A DNA stretch of 64,000 nt from Candidatus Nomurabacteria bacterium (GTDB taxonomy: Bacteria; Patescibacteriota; Minisyncoccia; Phycocordibacterales; UBA5272): contig JAQBRF010000002.1 of assembly GCA_028286645.1 (NCBI GenBank), forward strand, positions 122,518 to 186,517, written 5' to 3'. The translations under genes were made by a program, and so were the position numbers. The notes below the pieces were generated by a model. It did not search any database, had not been told where the DNA came from, and saw only the letters and a list, made by a program, of their open reading frames with translations. How positions within the stretch are numbered: position 1 is the stretch's first letter; the number at the start of each line of letters is the position of its first letter. Below are positions 18,331 to 28,301 of the stretch, in pieces.

Positions 18331-19377
18331 ATGAACAAAAAGTATCTTGCATTACTTATTATAATAATTGGCCTTATAGCCATTTGGCTTTCATATGGAA
18401 ACAAAAAAGCTGAAATTAAAATTGGCCTTGTAACCGATCTCTCTGGTCCGGTGGCCTATTACGGGGAATCTACAAAGGACGGAGCCGAGTATGCGATTAA
18501 AGTTTTAAAAGATAGAGGGATTAATATTAATTTAATAGTGGAGGACTATCAAACGGATCCTGCACAGGCAGCGAACGCCACGCAAAAGCTCGTGTACATA
18601 GATAAGGTAAATGCAATGTATGTGGATTTTAATCCAGGGGCAATTTCCGCTAATTCAATTTTGAAAAAAACTAATTTGCCGTTTATCTATGCCGCCGCTA
18701 TTGAATCCCCTCTTAAAGATAATCCTAATGCATATAAGACATACCTAGATTATAGAAGCGGCTGTGAAATGATCGCAAATGAATTTAAAAGCAAGGGAAT
18801 TCAAAAAGTTGGAATGCTGCGTCTTAATTTAGAGTTTGCTGATCTATGCCTAGAAGGTTTACAAAAGGTATATGGTAAAGATATTTCAGTAGAATCTTAT
18901 AATTTAGGAGATGATGATGTGCGCACACAAATAAATAAACTAGAAGCGGAGAATATTCAGGGAATCGTGAACGTGGGATTTGAAAGCGACACATTTAACG
19001 CGCTTAAAGTATTGACTGAAACAAAAAGCAATTTACTTTTTGGCACTGTGGGAGATACTGTGACCGACAAAGTTAAAGAAAATTATAAGAGTTATATGCC
19101 AAAGATTGTTTCATTTGGGTTTGCAAGTACTCTGGATAAAGACTTGATTAGAGAGATAGAAAGTAGTTCTGGGAAGGATCATTTAAGCTCAGAGTATGCA
19201 GCCACAATTGCTTATACGCATATTATCCAATTAGGAGAAGCTTTAAATATCTGCGCGAATGATATGGCTTGTCTAAAGAAAGAAATAGAGAAGCCTGTTG
19301 AGAAAAACTCGTTAGGATTTGAAAGATTTATAAACCAAGTAGGCAAACTAAACCAAGCGCTTGAAAGGTATAAGTAA
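18331..19377 (+). CDS. LivK/PBP1-type periplasmic substrate-binding protein, membrane-anchored
   Basis: N-terminal TM anchor, then IKIGLVTDLSGPVAYYGESTKDGAEYAIKVL, typical of the Leu/Ile/Val-binding type I PBP family. Confidence 0.8.
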   Translation: MNKKYLALLIIIIGLIAIWLSYGNKKAEIKIGLVTDLSGPVAYYGESTKDGAEYAIKVLKDRGININLIVEDYQTDPAQAANATQKLVYIDKVNAMYVDFNPGAISANSILKKTNLPFIYAAAIESPLKDNPNAYKTYLDYRSGCEMIANEFKSKGIQKVGMLRLNLEFADLCLEGLQKVYGKDISVESYNLGDDDVRTQINKLEAENIQGIVNVGFESDTFNALKVLTETKSNLLFGTVGDTVTDKVKENYKSYMPKIVSFGFASTLDKDLIREIESSSGKDHLSSEYAATIAYTHIIQLGEALNICANDMACLKKEIEKPVEKNSLGFERFINQVGKLNQALERYK

Positions 19378-20259
19378 ATGTCAAAAAATAACCCCACAAT
19401 GCACGATAAGCAAGCTTCTTTTGCGGGAATTACATTACACATTGACCCAGTTAGCAAAAAGAGAAGAGAAGGAAGCGATAATGTTATGGCCATATTTTGG
19501 GAAGAGCAGCCCATGTGGTGGTACTTTATTAAAGATATAGTTAAAAACACAATACAGAAAGTAAAAGCCCCTGTAGACTTTTTAGATGTAGGAACAGGCG
19601 GCGGAGTTATGGCTATACTCGCTAAAAAACATGCTGGAGCGAAAATTATTCTAGCAATTGATAAAAGTCTTCGCGCTGTAAAAGAGTCACAAAAGAATGC
19701 GAAAAGAAACAAAACTCCATTTAAAACAAAGTTAGAATTTTACAATACTAATACTGCCCCGTATAAGTCTGTAAAAGTGATAAGCATAAATGCTCCCTAT
19801 CATCTTTATCCGAAAGAAATGGAAATGGACATTCCTCAGCATGCGCGTGGAGGAATAGACGGTCAGCAAGTTTTTAAAGAGCAGCTAGCAATTGCTAACT
19901 ATCATTTAGCGGATCATGGAATCATTGTATTTAATCAAATGTGCTTAGGAAGAATGGGGCGGCCCGAGTTTATAAAATATATTCCAGAATTAATTGAAGG
20001 AGCGTCGCTCGTGTATACGAATATATTTCCTCCAATTAAATCCAAAGTCTTTTTTAGAAAGGTTTATGGAAATACTTTTACTTCATACCAAAATGAAATG
20101 TCAAAGAAATACCCGGAACTTTATTATTGTAATGGAGTTATTACACGTAATGGGAAAGGATCGGTAAAGAGAGTTGTTCATAGATTAGATTTAAAAGGAA
20201 GATCGTGGGAAGACAGGTTTGAGCTACATAGGCAAATCTCCAAACACGGAGTTAGGTGA
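19378..20259 (+). CDS. Class I SAM-dependent methyltransferase (NPPY-like INAPY motif)
   Basis: Motif I LDVGTGGGVMA. The later INAPYH resembles the NPPY of N6-adenine/N5-glutamine methyltransferases. Its start codon abuts the stop of the upstream substrate-binding protein gene. Confidence 0.65.
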   Translation: MSKNNPTMHDKQASFAGITLHIDPVSKKRREGSDNVMAIFWEEQPMWWYFIKDIVKNTIQKVKAPVDFLDVGTGGGVMAILAKKHAGAKIILAIDKSLRAVKESQKNAKRNKTPFKTKLEFYNTNTAPYKSVKVISINAPYHLYPKEMEMDIPQHARGGIDGQQVFKEQLAIANYHLADHGIIVFNQMCLGRMGRPEFIKYIPELIEGASLVYTNIFPPIKSKVFFRKVYGNTFTSYQNEMSKKYPELYYCNGVITRNGKGSVKRVVHRLDLKGRSWEDRFELHRQISKHGVR

Positions 20260-20322
20260 CTTTGATATACTAGATTAATGAAATTCAGCTCATTTAACTT
20301 AAACGGCATACGGGCAGCTGTT

Positions 20323-21069
20323 TTATTTCTTGGATGATCCTTCCCACACATACTCAAATAATGATCGCAAAGTAGTGGCGATCTCTTTTGAGCGGATTAT
20401 TACTCCTATAGGCTCGCTATCAGTTTTATAAACCGCAAAAGAAATATTATCTCCATATATATAACAATCGAGCGGAATCGGAAATTTCTTTTCGTCTATA
20501 ATCCTTACTTCCCGCAATGCTGCCATGTCGGTTTTAAGGTTTAGTAATGATGATCGAGTGTCCCCGCTTACTATAATCTTGATGTTTATCTTTTTATTTA
20601 TTCTTTGCGGGATATAATAATTTCTTGCATGAAATTCTATCTCTGGATGGATTTTCGACACACTTACAAATTCCAAGATAGGATTTTTTTGTCGTAGATT
20701 ATCCATATATAGGCGTTTTATTCCTTCTATTCCATTATAAAAGATAATTTTTGGCTTTACGGAAGCAGCTCTTAGTAAAAGCCTGAGTTCGGGGATGCTT
20801 TTTTCTAGAAGCTCCAGTTCGGACTGTTTTTTATTTAAAAAATTCTCTGGATCTTCTGCAATCAAATACCTTCGTTTTCCTTTTATAGTTTCAGAAAGCA
20901 GTCCTTTGTTCAACATTTCTGGAAGGATCTTATAAAGCGTAGGACGTTTTATTAAAGCCTCTTCCGATAGTCTTTTGGGCAGTGACTCACCTATTGTCAA
21001 TGCTGCCAAGTAAACCTTAGCTTCCGCTTCAGATAATCCCAAAGCTTTTATTATATTTAAGTAATCCAT
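20323..21069 (-). CDS. TrmB-family transcriptional regulator
   Basis: LGLSEAEAKVYLAALTIGESLPKRLSEEALIKRPTLYKILPEMLNKGLL is a TrmB-type wHTH. 248 aa. Confidence 0.75.
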   Translation of the reverse strand: MDYLNIIKALGLSEAEAKVYLAALTIGESLPKRLSEEALIKRPTLYKILPEMLNKGLLSETIKGKRRYLIAEDPENFLNKKQSELELLEKSIPELRLLLRAASVKPKIIFYNGIEGIKRLYMDNLRQKNPILEFVSVSKIHPEIEFHARNYYIPQRINKKINIKIIVSGDTRSSLLNLKTDMAALREVRIIDEKKFPIPLDCYIYGDNISFAVYKTDSEPIGVIIRSKEIATTLRSLFEYVWEGSSKK

Positions 21070-21214
21070 AGTGTTGTCTTTTGTGACACTTTATATACTA
21101 CATTATTTACATTGTAAATCCAGCATATTAGGGTAAGTCTAGGCGTAAAGTTATAAGCGGCATGCTTTTATGACAGTTTTTTAGAAAGATTATTAGTATA
21201 TTAATTATTTAAAT

Positions 21215-22342
21215 ATGAAAAGAACAACTTGGGTTATAATTGCAGTCTCGCTAATTCTCGGCGGGCTTTATTTTGCAAATGAAAATCAAAATCAGGAGAC
21301 TGGCCCTCTAAAGATAGGAGTACTCGGAGCTTTTACTGGAGAAGCCGCTGTATACGGTGAGCCGTTTAGGAATGTAGTAATGCTGGCAGTAGATGAGATT
21401 AATAAATCAGGCGGAATAAATGGACAAAAAATAGAGGCTATTTATGAAGATGATAAGTGTAGCGGAGCAATAGCGACGAGTGCGGTAACTAAACTAATTA
21501 ATGTTGATAAGGTAAAAATAATTATAGGAAGTGTTTGTAGTAGTGCAACACTGGCTGCTGTGCCTATCGCGGAAAAAGCAAAAGTTTTAATTTTATCACC
21601 AGCTGCGAGCAGTCCGGATTTAACAGGCATAAGTCCCTTCTTTTTCAGAACGTACCCAAGTGACGCCGAACAAGGAAAAGTTCTTGCCGAGCTTGCAAAT
21701 AAAAAGGGTTATAAAAAAGTTGCCTTTATACAAGAGAATAAAGATTTCCCCTTGGGGATCCTAAAGTCTTTTGAATCAGGATTTACAAAGTATGGAGGAG
21801 TTGTAATCAAAGAAGAGTTCCTTACAGAAACTACGGATTTCCGATCTTCGCTAATTAAATTAAGAAATCAAAATCCAGACGCGCTCTATGTAGATACGCA
21901 GACTCCAGGAGGAACTGAGAGGATTCTGAAGCAATTAAGTGAAATTGGATGGAAGCCTCAGCTTTTTGTTAATGATGTGGTCTCCGGAGACCCTGTAACA
22001 GTATCTAATAATAAAGCCTTTTTAGAAGGAACCTTTGCTGCGGAGTTTGGAATTGATGAAAATAATCTTATTTTCCAGAACATGCTCAAATCATATAAAG
22101 GTAAATATGGTGACGAAGTTGCATATCAAAGTTATGCCCAAACTGAGTACGATAGTATTTATTTGATATCCGATGGAATTAAAGAAGTGGGATATGATGG
22201 GGAGAAATTAGCTCTATGGTCGCGCACCGTAAAAGACTGGAAAGGGGCATCAGGAGAGACTACAATCAGCAAAGATGGGGATAGGCTGGGAGGACCTGTG
22301 GCAAAAGTTATACATAACGGAAAGACTGAGGTCTTGAAGTAG
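21215..22342 (+). CDS. LivK/PBP1-type substrate-binding protein, membrane-anchored
   Basis: LKIGVLGAFTGEAAVYGEPFRNVVMLAVDEINKSGGINGQKIEAIYEDDKCS is the LivK-family signature region. Confidence 0.8.
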   Translation: MKRTTWVIIAVSLILGGLYFANENQNQETGPLKIGVLGAFTGEAAVYGEPFRNVVMLAVDEINKSGGINGQKIEAIYEDDKCSGAIATSAVTKLINVDKVKIIIGSVCSSATLAAVPIAEKAKVLILSPAASSPDLTGISPFFFRTYPSDAEQGKVLAELANKKGYKKVAFIQENKDFPLGILKSFESGFTKYGGVVIKEEFLTETTDFRSSLIKLRNQNPDALYVDTQTPGGTERILKQLSEIGWKPQLFVNDVVSGDPVTVSNNKAFLEGTFAAEFGIDENNLIFQNMLKSYKGKYGDEVAYQSYAQTEYDSIYLISDGIKEVGYDGEKLALWSRTVKDWKGASGETTISKDGDRLGGPVAKVIHNGKTEVLK

Positions 22343-22373
22343 ATCAAGGCGCCTTTTTTGCTATAATAGGCAA

Positions 22374-23141
22374 ATGAAACTCATCTCATTTAACGTAAAT
22401 GGCATTCGCGCATGCCATAAAAAGGGAGCGTTAAAAGATTTGTTAGCTCTCGGCGCTGACATCGTAGGAATTCAAGAAACAAAGTCAGTCCCGGAGCAGC
22501 TTGTAGAAGAAATAATAGCCCCTCCTGGATATTTTTCATTCTTCGATAGCGCTAAAGAAAGGAAAGGATATGCGGGTACTGCAGTGTACACAAAGGTTGC
22601 TCCGCTAAAAGTTGAATATGGACTAGGCGCGGATAAATACGATACTGAAGGCAGATGCCTTACTTTACACTTCAAAGACTTCGCATTTGTTACAGCATAC
22701 TTTCCAAATGGCGGACGAGACGCCGATCACTTTAAATATAAACTCGAATACTACAAAGAATTTTTAAAGCATGTACAAAAGCTCGAGAAAAAGTATAAGA
22801 AGGTTATTTTCTGTGGAGACTTAAACGTAGCGCATAATGAAATAGACATTGCTCGTCCGAAAGAAAATGCGAACTCCATCGGATTCCTCCCCGTCGAACG
22901 CGCTTGGGTGGATAAAGTCAAGAAGGCAGGATTTATAGACACCTTTAGGCATTTGCACAAAGAAGAAGTTAAATATTCCTGGTGGGATATGAAAACCGGA
23001 TCACGCGGACGAAATGTCGGTTGGAGAATTGATTATTTTTTCGTAAGCAAAGCTTTAGAGAAGAACATTAAGAGCGCGGATATTTTAACTGAATTTATGG
23101 GCAGCGATCATGCCCCTGTAATTCTAGATATTGGCGTGTAG
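22374..23141 (+). CDS. xth: Exodeoxyribonuclease III (AP endonuclease)
   Basis: MKLISFNVNGIRA, QETK, CGDLNVAHNEID and a C-terminal SDHAPV are the ExoIII/APE1 family motifs. Confidence 0.9.
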   Translation: MKLISFNVNGIRACHKKGALKDLLALGADIVGIQETKSVPEQLVEEIIAPPGYFSFFDSAKERKGYAGTAVYTKVAPLKVEYGLGADKYDTEGRCLTLHFKDFAFVTAYFPNGGRDADHFKYKLEYYKEFLKHVQKLEKKYKKVIFCGDLNVAHNEIDIARPKENANSIGFLPVERAWVDKVKKAGFIDTFRHLHKEEVKYSWWDMKTGSRGRNVGWRIDYFFVSKALEKNIKSADILTEFMGSDHAPVILDIGV

Positions 23142-23162
23142 TAAACACAAATTCAAATACCT

Positions 23163-23585
23163 ATGAATGTAAATTTAAGAGATGCAACTGAAAATGATTT
23201 TAATTTCGTATTTGAATTGAATAAGACAAATATGCGAAAGTATGTAGAAGAAACAAGAGTTTGGGATGATGAAAAAGAAAAAAAGGAAATGAAGCAGCAT
23301 TTTACTCCAGGATTGGATAAAATAATTACTGTGGATGGGAAAGATGTGGGAGTATGGAGAGTGGTAGAAAAGGGCAAAGCCTTAGATTTAGCACATATAG
23401 AAATACTTCCAGAGTACCAAGGAAAAGGAATTGGAACTCAGTTGATTAAAGATTTAGTTTCTCAAGGAAAACAAGTAATCTTACAGGTAAGGAAAAATAA
23501 CCCCGCTTTGAAACTTTATCAGAAGCTTGGCTTCAAAATTATAGTAGAAAATAAATTGAAGTATTTTATGAGTACAAGTAAGTAA
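23163..23585 (+). CDS. GNAT family N-acetyltransferase
   Basis: Acetyl-CoA binding motif Q/RxxGxG/A appears as YQGKGIGTQL. The beta-strand pattern fits a GNAT fold. Confidence 0.75.
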   Translation: MNVNLRDATENDFNFVFELNKTNMRKYVEETRVWDDEKEKKEMKQHFTPGLDKIITVDGKDVGVWRVVEKGKALDLAHIEILPEYQGKGIGTQLIKDLVSQGKQVILQVRKNNPALKLYQKLGFKIIVENKLKYFMSTSK

Positions 23586-23586
23586 A

Positions 23587-24663
23587 TTACTCCACAATTT
23601 CCCCACCTTTTACTTGTTTAATTACAGTGTCTTGTATACGCACGCCATTTTCATCAAATGAAATCTTTCCGGAAGGTCCATCCACTTTTGTCTTTTGAAT
23701 ATTATTTATCCAATCTTTGTTATTGATAGCATATGCATTCATAAGTATATAGAAGCTGTCATATCCGTATTCAGAAAAGGGTAATGGGTCAGAAGAAAAT
23801 TTAGTCTTGTATTTGGAAGCAAATTCTCCGTATGAATCCCCTTGTTTAAGGGCAAGTGTTATAGATCCGTTTAGCAAATTTGTATCACCTAGTACTTTCT
23901 TATATTCAGACCAGCCGGTTTGTAATTGTATATCGAAAACGAAGTGCGGAGGAGTCTTTGTAAAAGTGAGAATATCTTTTACAATAAGAGCTCCATCAAT
24001 GGGAGTATTTAGAAATACTATGGCGTCATATTTCTTAGATACTATAGTTGCCGCAACGGTCCTTATATCTCCCTGATCTTTAATCTGATAATCATAATGA
24101 GTTCCAGTGAATTTAGAAACAAAGGAATTATAAAATCCAATTGTTCCGGGGATATTGCTGTAAACTATCGCTATACGCTTGTAGGGTGTATTTTCATTTA
24201 CATGTTTAGCTAAATCATATATTGGCAAGTCAGGAGATGCGCTGGTTTGGAAAATATTATCTTTTGCAATGCCGTTATTTTGCAGACCAATGGAAATTAT
24301 GGGTATTCCATCCTTTTGCATTTGTTCATGAAGTGCGTCTAATACAGGAGTAGACACCATGATAATGGCTTGTACGTGGTCTAGCTCAATTAATTTTTTA
24401 TAGGCGCTTATTCCCTTTTTGGTATCAAAAGCATCATCTTCTGTAACAAAAGTTATATTCATATTTGGATGAGCTTTTACGTATTCTTCTTTTGCGAGTT
24501 CGATAGAGTTTGCTATTCCCTCGCCTACTGCTCCGAACTGCCCAGTAAGCGGCATCATAATTCCTACCTTAATAGACTTAGTAGAGTTATTTTCATGTTT
24601 AACATATAAGAAGGATCCAGCTACTAATAACAATAAGACCGCGATAATTATTTTTATTTTCAT
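23587..24663 (-). CDS. LivK/PBP1-type substrate-binding protein, membrane-anchored
   Basis: IKVGIMMPLTGQFGAVGEGIANSIELAKEEY plus an N-terminal TM anchor. Confidence 0.75.
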   Translation of the reverse strand: MKIKIIIAVLLLLVAGSFLYVKHENNSTKSIKVGIMMPLTGQFGAVGEGIANSIELAKEEYVKAHPNMNITFVTEDDAFDTKKGISAYKKLIELDHVQAIIMVSTPVLDALHEQMQKDGIPIISIGLQNNGIAKDNIFQTSASPDLPIYDLAKHVNENTPYKRIAIVYSNIPGTIGFYNSFVSKFTGTHYDYQIKDQGDIRTVAATIVSKKYDAIVFLNTPIDGALIVKDILTFTKTPPHFVFDIQLQTGWSEYKKVLGDTNLLNGSITLALKQGDSYGEFASKYKTKFSSDPLPFSEYGYDSFYILMNAYAINNKDWINNIQKTKVDGPSGKISFDENGVRIQDTVIKQVKGGEIVE

Positions 24664-24812
24664 GGTATCAGTCTACCTGAAGCATCATTGACAGCAAAAG
24701 ATATTGTTGCATTCAGTAGAAAGCATAACGAAAGCTTGTTAAATAAGGGAATTAGTTATTAAGAAATGTCGGAGAAACTTTACATAATTTAAAGAAAGAG
24801 TACAATTTAGGC

Positions 24813-25619
24813 ATGGAAACACCTACAATTCCTTTACGCATACTCGGGCTGACTAAAAAAGAAACACAAGTATTTAAAGCTATAAAGATGGGGTTTTCAA
24901 CTCCCCTTGTTATCAGCCATAAAGTAAAAGTGTCCAGGCCGGCAATATATGAAATAATTATCAGACTGAAAGAGCGTGGATTAATAAAATCTCATATTAA
25001 AAATGGAAAAAAGTTATGGGAAGTAGAAAAGGGAGAGGCTATTGATCATTTGCTATATGAGGCAAAGAAAGAAATTCTAAACATTCACTCTGGGTCTGAA
25101 GAAGTGAAAGGAACCAGTGATTCCACGGTTATCGTTCATCGCGGGAAAGATGCGATTAAGAGCCTTTTGGATAATGTTTTTAAAGATTATAAAAATGAAC
25201 GCTGCTATGGATTTCAAGGGGATCTCCCCGCTTCGGGCTGGGGTTCTGTTTATGGTATAGAAGCAACTAATGCTATAAATAAACTTATAAAGAAAAATGG
25301 GATTATTACTGAAGCTGTTATGCCTGCGGGATGGTTTGAGAGGCAGTACAAAGTAATGGGGAAAGACTGGGCAATTGACTTCGAAGGGAGAAGCACCAGA
25401 ACTCATGTAATCCCCGAAGAATATTTTCAGCATGGCGGGCAGCTCTTTATTTTCAAAAACGCACTTTATCTACTCGCGATGAATGAAGAGGTTGTGGTAG
25501 AGATTAGAAATTCAGAGCTTCAGAAAATGATACTTGCTATGTTTAGATATGTTCAGGACCAGTCTGAAAAGATTGATCCAAATAGAATTTTAAGGGAACT
25601 AATTGAGAAAGGAAAATAA
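24813..25619 (+). CDS. TrmB-family transcriptional regulator
   Basis: ILGLTKKETQVFKAIKMGFSTPLVISHKVKVSRPAIYEIIIRLKERGLI is a wHTH. Divergent from the substrate-binding protein gene at 23587-24663. Confidence 0.7.
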   Translation: METPTIPLRILGLTKKETQVFKAIKMGFSTPLVISHKVKVSRPAIYEIIIRLKERGLIKSHIKNGKKLWEVEKGEAIDHLLYEAKKEILNIHSGSEEVKGTSDSTVIVHRGKDAIKSLLDNVFKDYKNERCYGFQGDLPASGWGSVYGIEATNAINKLIKKNGIITEAVMPAGWFERQYKVMGKDWAIDFEGRSTRTHVIPEEYFQHGGQLFIFKNALYLLAMNEEVVVEIRNSELQKMILAMFRYVQDQSEKIDPNRILRELIEKGK

Positions 25620-25671
25620 AATCTGCAAAAGAGTATCCCCTTTCGTGGGTCTATCTACAATCTAATCTTTT

Positions 25672-26235
25672 CTATTTCTTAAAAAATCCCATCACTGCGC
25701 TGAAGATATCTTTTATATTATCTCCTATAGTTTTATTTTCCCCTTTATCATTCTTTACAATTGCGTCTGTCTTTAGGGCTGTTTTGGATACGTTTCCATC
25801 TCTTACGTCTCGGCACGCTTTAGCATCAGATTCGAACTGAGACCAAGCCGCTTTCCTAGCGCTTGATAGATTGTCCTGTGCATCATTAACTGCTGACTTA
25901 TAAGTATCTGCTGCTTTAGTTAGAATTGTTTTTTTGTCATCATCATTTTCTGCTGATACGGCAGATTTTTCTGCGTCTTTTCGAGAAGAAAGCGCCGCAT
26001 TCATTGCTGTGTTATATGTTGTGCGTGATGTTGCTATCGCGTCATCTCTTTTTTCGATCGCTGCTTGGGAACATGTTGTAAATGATTGTAACGAGGTCAT
26101 CGGCGTACTTGATGCTGTAGAAGTAGCAGTCAAAGGAGTGGTAGGCGCAGCTTTATTATCGAGCGCAAATGCAGACTCGGCGTATATTCCGGTGGAAGCG
26201 ATAATGCAGAAGGTTGTGATTAAAAGTTTTTTCAT
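25672..26235 (-). CDS. Secreted hypothetical protein (187 aa)
   Basis: Signal peptide MKKLLITTFCIIASTGIYAESAFA. Ala/Ser/Thr-rich mature region. Confidence 0.5.
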   Translation of the reverse strand: MKKLLITTFCIIASTGIYAESAFALDNKAAPTTPLTATSTASSTPMTSLQSFTTCSQAAIEKRDDAIATSRTTYNTAMNAALSSRKDAEKSAVSAENDDDKKTILTKAADTYKSAVNDAQDNLSSARKAAWSQFESDAKACRDVRDGNVSKTALKTDAIVKNDKGENKTIGDNIKDIFSAVMGFFKK

Positions 26236-26251
26236 AAGTATTTAAAGATAG

Positions 26252-26599
26252 TTACATGCTAACAAGATTGTTATAGTTTAACAACATATCATTATAGTCC
26301 GCGTCATTTATCCCCGCTTCAAAACGTTCCACTTGCTGGTCGGTCGCATAAAATGGATCATTCCTGTGGATGTACATATCACGGAAACTAGGGAAAACAG
26401 AAATTATGATAAAGGAAAATGCTGCAACCTGCATAATAGCAAGCCATCTATAGGGGGAGCGTATCGCCTGCTTTCGCCACTCTAGATTTTCTTTCTCTGG
26501 TATTTGATTAAGAATTGATAAAAGAGTTGATTTAGGCGGCGACACGGTCTCCTTATACATTAACAACACCTCTTCTATTGTAGTTTTAGTTTTATCCAT
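26252..26599 (-). CDS. Putative anti-sigma factor-like membrane protein
   Basis: Directly downstream of, and overlapping by 8 bp, the sigma factor gene, with the start taken at the internal Met MDKTKTT. One TM helix (WLAIMQVAAFSFIIISVF). Confidence 0.4.
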   Translation of the reverse strand: MDKTKTTIEEVLLMYKETVSPPKSTLLSILNQIPEKENLEWRKQAIRSPYRWLAIMQVAAFSFIIISVFPSFRDMYIHRNDPFYATDQQVERFEAGINDADYNDMLLNYNNLVSM

Positions 26600-27179
26600 G
26601 AAGATGTTTGGTGAGGGCTCGGAGTTTTTTAAGTGCGCGTTCTTTGATCTTTCGTACAGAAGCCTCTTCTTTATCCAGTACTTCAGAAATTTCTTTGTAA
26701 CCAAGTTCTGAATAGAAATAAAGCCGAATCACTTCCTGCTCATCGTGAGTGAGCGATGGGAGATACTCGTTTATGGTTTCTGCTAAAAGATGTATGTGCG
26801 TGGTTTCTATAATGTCTACAGAATCATCGCTTGTTGTTTCAAAGATCGATTCATCTACTTCCACACTTCCTTGCTTAGTTCCCTCATTTATAAGCAAGTG
26901 TTTAGCTATTGTGAAAAGATACGCGAGCGGCGACTTGTTTGGCTGGTATCCGCCCAAGGCCTCATAGAACTTTAAGAATGTTTGCTGGCAGATATCCTCT
27001 GCAAGCTCCACGTTCTTGCTCCGTGAAATAACGTATCTGTACAAGGGGGTGTATAACTCCGTGTATACCTTTCCGAAGGCTTCTTTGTCACCTTCTTTGG
27101 CGAGCAAGATAAGCTTTTTTATTTCTTCGGTGTCCCCTACACCATATATAACAGGCTTATTATTGTTTTGTGACAGCAT
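26592..27179 (-). CDS. RNA polymerase sigma-70 family (ECF-type) sigma factor
   Basis: Region 2 LYRYVISRSKNVELAEDICQQTFLKFY. Region 4 EQEVIRLYFYSELGYKEISEVLDKEEASVRKIKERALKKLR. Confidence 0.8.
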   Translation of the reverse strand: MLSQNNNKPVIYGVGDTEEIKKLILLAKEGDKEAFGKVYTELYTPLYRYVISRSKNVELAEDICQQTFLKFYEALGGYQPNKSPLAYLFTIAKHLLINEGTKQGSVEVDESIFETTSDDSVDIIETTHIHLLAETINEYLPSLTHDEQEVIRLYFYSELGYKEISEVLDKEEASVRKIKERALKKLRALTKHLHG

Positions 27180-28299
27180 CGATACCAGGTAGTGTACCAG
27201 AAGCCAGGTAGGCGAGCATGGCCCCGCCCCCTAAAGAAACAAAGGTAAACTTCTTAAGCAGGTGAAGTGAATGAGCCACGTCTACCGTATCCCCTCCACC
27301 CAAATAAGTCTTTGCTTGGCTCTCCGTAACTTGTACTAAAACTTGCTCAGTTCCATGAAGCCACCCTTTTTCATATAGACCTAAAGGTCCATTAAAGATA
27401 ATTGTTTTTGAATTTTTAATAAAGTTTACAAGCATCTTTACTGTTTCTTCTCCACAATCTACCACTACAGCATCTGCTGGTATTTTATTATAAGGCGCTG
27501 TTTCTCTTGTTTCTAATACGACATCAGCGGGTGTTAAAAGAAGCGGATGATTAATTATAGATTCTGGAACGGTATAGTTTTTATCATAAAAGCTTTTGCC
27601 TATTGAAAGCCCTCGAGCAAGCCACACATTATGCGCCATAGCTCCGCCGATAAACACATGAATACCCTGATCTAAATAATGTTTGATGAGCGGAAGCTTG
27701 GTGGAAATTTTCGCTCCACCTATTATTAATATTGCGGGCTTTACAGGCTTAAGAGCGTCAGTTAAATGCTCTAGCTCTCTTTTAAAAGTGGGACCGAAGT
27801 ACGAAAGAGAATTTCTGGCGACCCCAACCACGCTTGCGTGTTCTCTGTGTGAAACAGAAAAGGCATCATTAATGAAAACGTCTCCTAACGATGAAAATGC
27901 AGTAGCAAGTGAGGGAATATTATCTTCCTCACCGGGGAACATCCGTACATTTTCTAGTAGCACTGCGTCTCCAAGAGGTAATGTGTCGACTTCCCCTCTT
28001 ATTTCTTCAAAATTCAATGATGGCAAAAATTTAATGAACGGAAGTGCTCGGCATGCGTGATCGGCAACAGGCTTTAAACTCTCGCCTTTTCCTCCGAAAT
28101 GAGTTAGTAAAATTATTTTTGCCCCAGCAAAGGATAGTTCTTTTAAGAATGGGACGCTTACATCAAACCGACTAGTGTCTTCTATCTTCCCGTCTATGAC
28201 TGGCATATTCCAATCTACTCTAACTATTACCCTTTTGTCTTTAAAAGTTGTAAGAGGCGGGAGAAAATGTACATTTAGATTTTCTGATAATGTCTCCAT
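27160..28299 (-). CDS. pgk: Phosphoglycerate kinase
   Basis: RVDWNMPV is an RVDFNVP variant. The C-terminal GGGA(M)LAYL...LPGIDA region is the PGK signature. Confidence 0.9.
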   Translation of the reverse strand: METLSENLNVHFLPPLTTFKDKRVIVRVDWNMPVIDGKIEDTSRFDVSVPFLKELSFAGAKIILLTHFGGKGESLKPVADHACRALPFIKFLPSLNFEEIRGEVDTLPLGDAVLLENVRMFPGEEDNIPSLATAFSSLGDVFINDAFSVSHREHASVVGVARNSLSYFGPTFKRELEHLTDALKPVKPAILIIGGAKISTKLPLIKHYLDQGIHVFIGGAMAHNVWLARGLSIGKSFYDKNYTVPESIINHPLLLTPADVVLETRETAPYNKIPADAVVVDCGEETVKMLVNFIKNSKTIIFNGPLGLYEKGWLHGTEQVLVQVTESQAKTYLGGGDTVDVAHSLHLLKKFTFVSLGGGAMLAYLASGTLPGIDAVTKQ

Positions 28300-28301
28300 A
28301 G

